In this document: piece after piece, positions 12,801 through 24,800 of the stretch
Layout of the letters: every line of letters begins with the position of its first letter
How positions within the stretch are numbered: position 1 is the stretch's first letter
Source of the DNA: Tubulanus polymorphus
Lineage: Eukaryota; Animalia; Nemertea
Assembly: GCF_964204645.1 (NCBI RefSeq)
Contig: NC_134035.1
Span: 13,576,686-13,640,685 of the forward strand
Direction: 5' to 3'
DNA length: 64,000 nucleotides
Program-made: the position numbers and the translations under genes
The notes under the pieces: generated by a model
Database searches by the model: none
The model's input: only the letters and a program-made list of their open reading frames with translations
What the model was told of the DNA's origin: nothing

Positions 12801-15800
12801 ACACAATTTTCTCAAACAGGAAGACAGTATCTTTGCCTTGTGACCTCGAGATGTTAAATGGACAAAACGTGCGGTTGATGATTTAACTATTCATGTTCGG
12901 ATGGTTTGCAAAGTTTTCACTGAACTTCATCATCGAAGAAACAAAAATCAAACTGTTAGAATAAACAGTTAAATCATCAACTGTGGGTTTAGCTCATTAA
13001 CTGTGAAATACTTAAATCAATATGACAGTACACCAGTCACCATCAGTGATTTAACATGTTCGGGAGAGTGAGTCGATTCAAATCTTCAAGAAGAGACTTA
13101 AAGCACATATCTTTAATGAAACTTACAACTGAAATGTTTTAGCTCAAGAAAATATTGTATTTCAAACTATCTGTTTTGTTGAATATTTTTCTGTAAAGCG
13201 CTCTGAGTCATTATAAGATTAACCCTTTCAGTGCGTCTACACCGCAGTGCAGTGTACGTATCAGTGGTATGGATTTTGCTAGTACATCGCACTGCGGTGT
13301 ATTGATGTAATTAGTAATTAGTTTTTATCTCTACTGAAAGATGGCAGGACCTGTCAAACATAGTGAAATATTAGTAACTAACGATACACCGCGCCGCGGT
13401 GTAGACGCACTACAGTGGTACGTCCGTTATTCAACAAACTAGGGTGGAATTATTCAGAATTTTCAAATTATCTTCAGCACTATAGGATATTGATTAGTCA
13501 GCACTGAAAGGGTTAAACGCTTTATAAGAATAGATTTTATTATCATTATTATTTTATTATTTACGAATTATTCGATGTTTTTTTAGGAGAAGCGTCGATC
13601 ACGCGATCTGGAAACATCGTCTGCCGCCGATACGACGACGCCGGTTACTACGGAAACGATCGACGAGGGGCAGACGGCGGACGAATCGGAAACTGTGAAA
13701 TATTCGGATGAAAATCCGTTCATAGGTAAAATACATTATAGACTCTATTCCACAACATCGGTACTTACTAATATCATATCTATATTCTATATTCATGTTG
13801 AGGTTGTTCAGTGATACCAGGGTCTGGTTTTACTGACGCTAGCCCCGAGTCCAGCTGGGTCTGCTTAAACTGTAACCATGGCCCAGTTGCAGTGGTCTTA
13901 CATCTTAAAACTGAGGCCAGTTGCTCAAAAGTTAGTTAAAATAACCGGCGCATAAATTCCATAGTAAATGAAGTTTTAATTGTCACTATGTCAACTATCC
14001 ACTGGTTAACTCTAAACAACATTTGAGCAACTGGCCCAGGGGTTGGTTGCACAGTTGTGACTGAAGTCCAAAAGTTGTCTTAAACCTAAAGACTGGTCTT
14101 TAGTTACTAGATTGGCTATAGAACTAATATGTTCTTAGACTGGTCTAAAATCTAAGCCATGACTGACTGTGCAACTGGTGCTTGTTCCATAGTCATGGCT
14201 TAGATTTTAGACCAATTTAAGACCATGTTATTTCTATAAACAATCTAACAACTTAAGACCAGTCTTAGAATTTAAGACCATTTTTGGACTTAAGTCTCAA
14301 CTGAGGAACCAGCTGGGTCCTAAATCTGACTTAAACTAAACCAAACTCTGCTGATACATAGTAATATTAACAGTTAGGGTTTGAAGTTAAAACCGGGCTC
14401 AGTAATGAATGCATATCTTATATATAATCATCTAAAACTCTCTCTCTCTCTTTTTCTCTATTTTATTTCTTTATAAAATCTCATCGTAGAAGAATCTATC
14501 GATTGTAAGTGTTTAATAGTTCTGTGTATTCTAGATGGATAGCTTTCAGTGTTGTGTTTGTACCGGGATAGTTCATCCTTCAAACCGAGGGGTGGAGGGA
14601 TAGAACCTTCCCTCGTTTGTGTCCCTGCTCTGATTGACATCCTCATCCATTGTTTGAAAACAAAAAAACAGCCTTCGAGAATATATTTGATAAGAAACGC
14701 GTTGCATTGTGGAATAAAAATGCCTCAATCGACAATGAATCTTGTTTGATATTCGCGCAGTGCTTCTAAATCCAATCATCTGAGTTAAAATGTGACGAAA
14801 CAGTTGCGAAAATAAACTTATAATTGTTTCAGTGGGATTTGTATTTAATCTACAAACCGATGAAACTTGTTGATGTGAAGTTGAAGGATGTATGAAATTG
14901 AATGCATGCTCCGTGATGCCTTCCCCAGCCCCACTGTCTCCCATATTAGATTGAACAACAACATGCAGAAGCTACCAGCACTCTAAAGACTCTCAGCTAT
15001 TCGTCTCTTTCTAATACTCATCTCTTGTAGCCTGTTATTATTAACACTTTATTAATGCTTTTATTTATAGTTTTCAACTATTCTAGATTTTTCACCATTC
15101 TAGTCACGAGCCGCAGTAGTTCCTGTCAGGTTCAGGGGCCATTTGGACAGCGGAGACTAATCTCCAAAAGTGGTTTCAGATCTTCAAGACCGGTCTCAAG
15201 TTGTTAGATTAGTTATAGAACCAAAATGAGCTTAGAATGGTCTTAAGTTGTTAGATTGGTTATAGAAATGAGTTTAGACTGGTCTCAAGTTGTTAGATTG
15301 GATATAGAACCAAAATGAGCTTAGAATGGTCTTAAGTTGTTAGATTGGTTATAGAAATGAGTTTAGACTGGTCTTATGCCGTTAGATTGGATATGGAATT
15401 AATGAGCTTACACTGGTCTTACGTTGTTAGATTGGTTATAGAACCAAAATGAGCTTAGAATGGTCTTAAGTTGTTAGATTGGTTATAGAAATGAGTTTAG
15501 ACTGGTCTTATGCCGTTAGATTGGATATGGAATTAATGAGCTTAGACTGGTCTTACGTTGTTAGATCGGCTATAGAACAAAAATGAATTTAGACTGGTCA
15601 TAACTGTTGAAAAGGCTCCTGATCTATATTTCTCACTGTTTGTTTTACTAATAATCCTATTCACTTCTCTCCGTTCTCTCTATTACGTTTATTTTCATTA
15701 ATTTTTCGAAAATTATCACCTATAAAACCGATTGGGGTTTACGGATAGAGAATCAGTTTTAAGTGATGATTACTGTTGTTGTTTCTCCATCAACATTAAC

Positions 15801-18800
15801 TCTTTGTCCTGGATGAAGCGACTCAATACACTGATGTTTATTTCAACTGGACTTGAGAGTCCCACATCAGGTCCCTGCCTAGCTCAGTCAGTCTGGGTGG
15901 TACATACATGATAAAAGTCTTATTAGCACCACCTTTCAATGAAGACTTTTTGGATATCCTTCAATACAGTTTCAAATGGATTAAAAAATGATGATTTAGG
16001 TCGACTGCCTTTCCTTTCTGGTCCTATTAAGACTTTTATCAGGAATGTACTACCAAAACTAACTGACCTAGGCAGGTACCTGATGTGGGGCACTCAACAA
16101 GTCAGGTTGAAATAAACGTTAGTTGCGAAAGCTCTTAATTTCTAATAAAACTCATTAACCGGTTTATTTATTACGTGGCTCCTCTAAAACTAAAGGTGAT
16201 TATCTTTAATTTAAGGTTTATTGAAAGGATCGAAACCGAAGGGTCTAAAACGAGCTAAAACTATCTACGGAGGTGAACCGGCGACTAGCGCTGTTACTCC
16301 TAGAGTTAAACGTAATTCTACTCCCGGATTATTTTACGTGGCTTTCGATCCGCTACTAGAATCGCCCGGCGACGACGTATTCGTCTCCCCCGACGACGAC
16401 GGCGAGCAGACGCAACAATCGGCTGTCGTTAAATCGGTGCGAGATCGAGTTTCGGACATCGAGCGTAATTCACCGACCGGTTCACAGGGGGCGATGTCGC
16501 CGTTACGATCGCCGGTCTCGGAGAGCAGCGACGCCGACTCGGCCGTTGAAACACCGGTGAAACTACGGAAACAGAAATCGACCAATCAGCAACGAGATGA
16601 ATCCGACGAATGGAACGAGGTATAGTCAATTCAATTCAATTGATTTTATTCTAACAGTGATTCTCAGAGGTTTAATGATTTAAATCGATGTTTTAGATTT
16701 CAGATATATTTAATTTACTGCTCGGACATCGATTGAGTTCGATAAATGATTATCCTCTCTCCACTTCGATTATAGGTATTAAACACCCCCTCCCTCCACC
16801 CCCCACTCCCCTCCCTCCCTCCCTCCTCCCCCTCCTCCTCCCCTCCCCCCTCTCAAAATACTGTGAAATCTAGCATGAGCTTTAGGTTTAATGGTATAGA
16901 CAAACAGGAATGTTTTATCAAGATTTTGCTTAAAGAGAAAACAAGAAGTTTAACTCTCAGACAGATACCTCCCAGACAGAGATACCTCTCAGACAGATAA
17001 CTCTCAGACAGATACCTCTCAGACAAATATACCTCTCAGACAGAGATACCTCCCAGACAGAGATACCTCCCAGACAGAGATACCTCTCAGACAAATACCT
17101 CCCAGACAGAGATACCTCCCAGACAGAGATACCTCTCAGACAAATACCTCCCAGACAGAGATACCTCCCAGACAGAGATACCTCTCAGGCAAATACCTCC
17201 CAGACAGAGATACCTCCCGGACAGAGATACCTCCCGGACAGAGATACCTCCCGGACAGAGATACCTCCCAGACAGAGATACCTCCCAGACAGAGATACCT
17301 CTCAGACAGAGATACCTCTCAGACAGAGATACCTCTCAGACAATACTATGACAGGTGCCATTTAGACAGGTACTGCACTCATCTACCTCTCAGCCAAATA
17401 CGATTGAGACAAGTACCATTCAGGTACCATTCAGACAGATACCACTCAATAACCAGGTAGCTCCAAAGGTTTATTTATATCCAGTATTAGGTGTTACCTA
17501 GATTCAAACAAAGGATATTTTCATTTGGCTTCAGGACGCATGTATTTCTACAGAGTACAGATTTTGCTTTATTTGTATATAGAGAATCCCACATACTGAT
17601 TTAAGGAAAAGGTGAACCCCGCAGAGTTAAGTTCCATTAATCCAGTTATTTATTGATGCAACGTTTCGACTATAACCTGATAGTCATCTTCAGGAATACT
17701 ATTCGGTTATAGTCAAAATGTTGAATCAAAACTTTTCGGACTTCATCTTCTCGTTATATTAGTGTGGGATTCTGTATATATTGTCAGGACACAGACTCGT
17801 TTCATCAATGATTGTTTGCTGTATTTTATTCAAGATGTTTATTTATATACAATGTTTGTAGATTGCTGATATTATGGCTACGTTCGGAGGTCGAATTACG
17901 AATAGAGAATCAGTTTTTATGAACGATTTTGACAAAGAATTTGCTAAACTCATCTCAGGTAAGCAGCAGAAGCAGCAGCAGCCGCAGCAGCAGCAGCAGC
18001 CACAGCCGCAGCAGCTGCAACACACAGCGTCACATCCAGTTTATTGGGATCCACTTTCTCAACTGTGGATTTGAAATTTCACGGAGTTCAATGAATAGAT
18101 TTGAAGTCTAGAGATACAAACACAGTTCCACAGTTCCACTGAGTTTGATTCTAGGATATGAACTCTTAAAAAACTCTTGAATCAAACTTAAAACATCAAA
18201 TATGGAACTGTGGAATTGTGGAACTGTGTCATGGAGTATGGAACATAAGTTCAATAGTTAGGTGTTCAAATGTGGAACTGGATTGCACAGCAGTCGGATC
18301 CATAACTGTGGAACTGGTTCCCGGGGCTAATGGAACCACAAGACGTGTGTGGAATAGGATTCAGTGGAATTGCGTACAGAGTGTGGATCCAGTTCCACAG
18401 TTTTAGGTTAACCATTATTGAGAGTAATAAGAACAGTGTTCGCATTGAATCAGTTCATTCATTCACAGATGTATATAATATTTCTACCCGTTAGGAGCTG
18501 GTAAAGTAATAAGCGTCGGTGATTGGTTAGAATCGATGAAATTAGAACAATACGAAAATCTATTCATCGCCAACGGTTTCGATAATATGGATTTCATGGT
18601 AAGAGTTTTACATTTCTAAGAAACGAACGAACGAACGAACGAACGAACGATCACTTTCATTTTCATCGTGTAGATTTAAGCCTCTCGTATCCAAAATCAG
18701 ATAAATCTAGCTGATTCATACTATTTCAACGATTTCACATCAGCTTATCTTATTCATATCTTTTTATTCAAGCTTTTGGTTCTAGCCGCACTTTTATTAT

Positions 18801-21800
18801 GTATCAATATTAGAATAGCCCTGTTACACTCTTACCATGTTGACGTGTAGAATAGAAAATAAGTTTAAAATCCACTATATGAATAACTTAAAAGACTAAA
18901 AGCGAATTTTATTTATCAAAATTTTTTAAATTTATGTTGTATGAATGTTTTATGTAAGTGCCTTAGAGGAATATTTCATTGAATAAGCCACCAAATATGG
19001 TAATTAATGATAATAATAATGATTATGATGATATTATGAACTGTAGGCACCTAACGTATTGGAAGAGGCCGATATTTTAGAGATGGGTATCTATAACGAG
19101 ACTCATCGAGGTCAGATACTCGGAGCTGTTAAACTCATGTCACCGGTGCCATCTATAGGTCAGTACGATTATTAAACATTCCGCTAGAGTCATGACTCAA
19201 ATACTGAACCATCTTGCTGAGATATGTTTAAATGACCAGACAAGTAGTACTATGTAGGTTAATTATCTATTAACACTCATTCACCTGATGAAGCTTCTAT
19301 ACATTAGTAGTGAAAGCTTGCGCATCTAATGAACAGTTAACCTATATAGTACTACTCGTCTAGTTATTTATTCTAAACCCGGTTAACCCTTTCAGTGCGT
19401 CTACACCGCAGTGCGGTGTACGAATCAGTGATGGACTTTGCTAGTACACCGCATTGCAGTGTATCGATGTAATTAGTAATTATCTCTCTTGTAAAAATGG
19501 CAGCACCTGTCAAACACTGTGAAATACTAGTAACTAACGATACACCGCGTCAGGGTGTAGACGCACTATAGTGGAATTCCCATTATTCAACACACTAGGG
19601 TGGAATTTTTTAACATTTTCAAATTATCTTCAGCACTATAGGGTATTAATTAGCACTGAAAGGGGTAAACACAGCTATATACTCTCAAATCTTGAGATAT
19701 GATTGTTATTGCGTGTGCGTGTGTTGTAGGTATGAGTGGTAAAAATGAGGAGGATAGTGAAGATGAAATAGCCGTTGATGATTGGTTGAAATCGTTGAGT
19801 TTATCGGAATACATCGACACGTTTCATAAACACGATTTTACAACAATGAATAAAGTGCGGAAACTATGGGAACTCGAACTAACTACAGTAAGATCTACAT
19901 ATATTCTCTCATCCCTTATTCTATATTGTTTTATATGAAACGCATCAATTTCATCATGAATTCAAGGACCCGGTTTCATAGACTGGTATCAAAGTTACTC
20001 CTAGGGGTAACTCCCTAATCATAGTAACAATGAGAAACCTAGGCCCGGTTTCATAGACTGGTATCAAAGTTACCCCTAGGGGTAACTCCCTAACCATAGT
20101 AACAATGAGAAACCTAGGCCCGGTTTCATAGACTGGTATCAAAGTTACTCCTAGGGGTAACTCCCTAACCATAGTAACAATGAGAAACCTAGGCCCGGTT
20201 TCATAGACTGGTATCAAAGTTACTCCTAGGGGTAACTCCCTAACCATAGTAACAATGAGAAACCTAGGCCCGGTTTCATAGACTGGTATCAAAGTTACCC
20301 CTAGGGGTGACTCCCTAACCATAGTAACAATGAGAAACCTAGGCCCGGTTTCATAGACTGGTATCAAAGTTACCCCTAGGGGTAACTCCCTAACCATAGT
20401 AACAATGAGAAACCTAGGCCCGGTTTCATAGACTGGTATCAAAGTTACTCCTAGGGGTAACTCCCTAACCATAGTAACAATGAGAAACCTAGGCCCGGTT
20501 TCATAGACTGGTATCAAAGTTACTCCTAGGGGTAACTCCCTAACCATAGTAACAATGAGAAACCTAGGCCCGGTTTCATAGACTGGTATCAAAGTTACTC
20601 CTAGGGGTAACTCCCTAACCATAGTAACAATGAGAAACCTAGGCCCGGTTTCATAGACTGGTATCAAAGTTACCCCTAGGGGTAACTCCCTAACCATAGT
20701 AACAATGAGAAACCTAGGCCCGGTTTCATAGACTGGTATCAAAGTTACTCCTAGGGGTAACTCCCTAACCATAGTAACAATGATAAACCATGGTTATAAC
20801 TGATAAATTTCAAAATGTTCCCAGGGTCTATTTTGCGTCCACATCTATGAAACCCAGTCCTGGGGTGGATTGACGGACTGCTGTTTAAAGGTCTTGTGAT
20901 AGCTTTAAGAGTAATTTTGATCATTGGAAAGTAAATGTGGAGGGGTATTAGTAAGGTGTCACAGATTGGTGGACGATGGGTTAGATAACCTACCAGTTAT
21001 ACGGTGCTTGGACAGTAAAAATTTAAGAATTCATTCAGAAAAGTGAAACTAAAAAAAATATTTAAGGGTCTTTTACAAGACCCAAAAACTCCCTGAATCC
21101 ATACCAGGTATAGATACAATGTATTCAGATGTATTTGAATGTATACGAGGTATTGATACAATGTATTCAGATGTATTTGAATGTATACGAGGTATTGATA
21201 CAATGTATTTGGATGTATTTTTGTAGGTATTAGACATCACTAGACTCGGTCATCGGAAACGGATTCTAGCTTCATTAGGAGGTCATCTAGCCGATGAAAG
21301 TCTAGAGGAACTCGGTCAGACTGTTGATTTACGCAATTTAGTGAGTATCGTTATTCCTCAAATACATTCCAGCAAATATCTACATCACATTGAATAAGGA
21401 CTAGTTTCCACATTTCTCTGGTTCCACATATCACTGGTTCCACATTTCTCTGGTTCCACATATCACTGGTTCCACATTTATCTGGTTCCACATATCACGT
21501 TTAGAATTTGTATTTGAAACATCTAGATATGAACTAATTTGACCAAAATTCAGCAAACGACTGTGGAAATGGCTACTGTGGAACCCAGAGGTGTGGAGTC
21601 CAGAACTGTGGAGTCTAGAACTGTGGAACTAGGGTTCAGAAGTGTGGAACTGAATCCTGATCAATAAGTTAGTTATGATAAATAATGAATATAAAATGAA
21701 TTATTTTCAGCCGACAAGTTTCTCCTCTGATTCGACTGAGGTATTGCCATGATGTGTTACACACCAGGTCCTTACAGATTAGGGAATTAAATATCAGACA

Positions 21801-24800
21801 ATGTTGGATTCCGTGACTTATAAGAACCCTGGGGCCAGTTTTATAGACTGGTATTATCTTTAACCCTACTTAAACCTAAAATCTACTGAAAATGAATTAA
21901 GTTAGTCCCCGGGTTAAAGATAATACCAGTCTATAAAACTGAGCCCTGGTTATTATATATAATGTATATATATTTGCACTGTTGTTGTTTCTATGTTCTT
22001 GATTCTCATTCAACTCTAGATTCAATTCACAGAATTTGATTTCTTTCCTCCCCCCCCCCCCAAAAAAATCATCTTTTTACCTTTCCGATAGTTTTAGATT
22101 TTTTGTAGTTTATTTGTTGATAGTTCTTACGTGTATGTTGCATGTGGTGTGTATGTGCCCCCCTCCTCCCCCCCCCCCGGGATCAGACTGACGCACGAAC
22201 TCTGTGGCCAGACGCACCTCAATCAAATCCAACGCCAGACTAAAATCACATTTGAATCACGTAGAGAAATCTTGGTCATGAAATTGCACCCTGTAAAATC
22301 ATCTTTCGACTGAAACAAGTGATTTGCGCTTGCCTCGTACCACACACCAGATTCTTAATGATGATAGCCAAAATGATGTGTACGTCATGCCACCTATATA
22401 TGGTTGAATGAACTAGATAATGGCGGACAATCTTCTGATAATCAATAAACTCCAATAGATGGCGTATGAGTGATCAATAAAACTCAAATAAATAATAAAA
22501 ATGAATTTTAAACGCGTTGATTTTATTTTTATTGGAAAATATCGAGTAAAACACTGAAAATTCTGCACTGAAAATCTCTGAATGTTTTACGATATATCGT
22601 TTCGATATTTTCAGAGTTGGAGTTTAAATCCGTTGATAAGAGATTCCGATCCGGATGTAAGTTTATTCCGGGATTATACGGGAATTACTCCGTTTAATCC
22701 ACCAGGAACGGATCAACATCAGAACGCAACAATCAGATCGCCATCTAACGATTCCTCGCCGGACTCGGATCTGGATTCCACGAAGGTTCGTATAAAAACG
22801 GCGTTTTAGTGTTCCACGTATCACTATCGACTACCTTATTCCAGTGCCCGGTTTTATAGGCCGGGTATCAGAGTTACCCCTACGGGTCAAGGGCAGATTT
22901 AGGGGGTGTCCCCACATCTATCAGGAAGCTTTCAGTTAAAATGAATATTGATAATTATTTATTGCCATAATTCCATATAGAATTATACACCTTTTGGCTG
23001 ACAAAATAAGATGCATGAATTAAAAAATTGTAAAACAACAGTTTTAACTAAGCTATGGTAAAAAGTCTTCATTTAAAAGCATCTAAGGATGGACTAAAAA
23101 TTGGTAACTTATTCCAAAGAAATAGTGCACATGGGTAAAATGCTCTATGACCAGCAGATACGAGTTTGGTTCTATGTTGGACTAAAATGTAATTGATTTG
23201 TTTGCTTTGGGTTGCAGCAGCATCAGCAGCAGCAGCAGCAGCAGCGCAATATCAGTTACAGTAATATCGATATGCGACCTCCGAATGCGACTATGACTGT
23301 AAAATCTGATTTGATAAAAGGATGGCATCATACTCCTGATGTACTTATAAAAGGCTGCTGTAACTACAACGCACATGTGAGTATTATAACCATTGATGTG
23401 AAACACTCGACCATCAGTCATTTCAGCTTTAATTGACCATCAGTCATTTCAGCTTTTACTAAAATATTGTTTATGATTATTTACAGTATTTGGGATCAAC
23501 TTTAGTTAAAGAATTAAATGGCCTCGAATCGACAAAAGAATCAATCGTTAAAATGAAGGTATGTACCGTACACCGGCGCCATCTGGTTTCGTGATATGAA
23601 ACCGCACGCTCGACTGTCTATACTATACTGCCACCTGGTTGTATATAATAGAACTAAATATGTTTGTTTTCAAGCTGCGATATTGGGAGCGTTTAAAGGT
23701 TTGTATTTCATTGTGGTTTTTATCCCAGACCTTCTCACTGCTGATGCTCTCGTTGCTGCTGCTGGTGTTTCCTCGAACTGTTTTTGTTTGACTAATATTT
23801 TTTATGTGTTGTTAGTTTTTTTGACTAAAGCAACGTTTATTATGAGTTAATGAAGTTGTTAACTAACAGTAGTCGTTTCAAGGCACGAAATGTTAGAGAT
23901 CACCTTGATTCAATTAAACAACTTGTCAGCGTTTGTTGTCGTTGACGATGGAAGCAATCGACCGAGCAGACGGAAACAATAAGAGTTTAACAATTCAACG
24001 AATCATAAGAGAATCACATAAATCAGGGAAAGAATCAAGGGTTGGGAACTGGGTCCTGGGGAGTTAACTCTTACTCACAACTGTAGAACTGGCTCCAGAG
24101 TTCAGAGTTAACTCTTACTCACAACTGTAGAACTGGATCATGAGTTCAGAGTTAACTCTGACTCACAACTGTAGAACTGGATCCTGAGTTCACAGTTAAC
24201 TCTTACTCACAACTGTAGAACTGGATCATGAGTTCAGAGTTAACTCTTACTCACAACTGTAGAACTGGATCCTGAGTTCAGAGTTAACTCTTACTCACAA
24301 CTGTGGAACTGAATCCTGATTTCAGAGTTGATTCTAACTCACAACTGTGAAACTGGACCGTGTATTGTACTCACAGTGGTGAAACTGACGGACACAGTTT
24401 GTTGATTTCTCATATTTCTGATTTCACTTATTCTATTGTGTTGATTACGAGGGGGTGGTGATGATGATATAGAGGGGAGGGGATGGTGATGATGATATAG
24501 AGGGGAGGGGATGGTGATGATGATATAGAGGGGAGGGGATGGTGATGATGATATAGAGGGGAGGGGATGGTGATGATGATATAGAGGGGAGGGGATGGTG
24601 ATGATGATATAGAGGGGAGGGGATGGTGATGATGATATAGAGGGGAGGGGATGGTGATGATGATATAGAGGGGAGGGGATGGTGATGATGATATAGAGGG
24701 GAGGGGATGGTGATGATGATATAGAGGGGAGGGGATGGTGATGATGATATAGAGGGGAGGGGATGGTGATGATGATATAGAGGGGAGGGGATGGTGATGA

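Noticed and set aside
17959-18074. PolyQ extension of the pre-SAM exon
   Set aside because: Lies after a good GTAAGC donor and ends in a stop; most likely an intronic CAG repeat.
19954-20772. 272-aa minus-strand ORF
   Set aside because: Translation of a 75-bp tandem repeat of a MITE end; no domain features.
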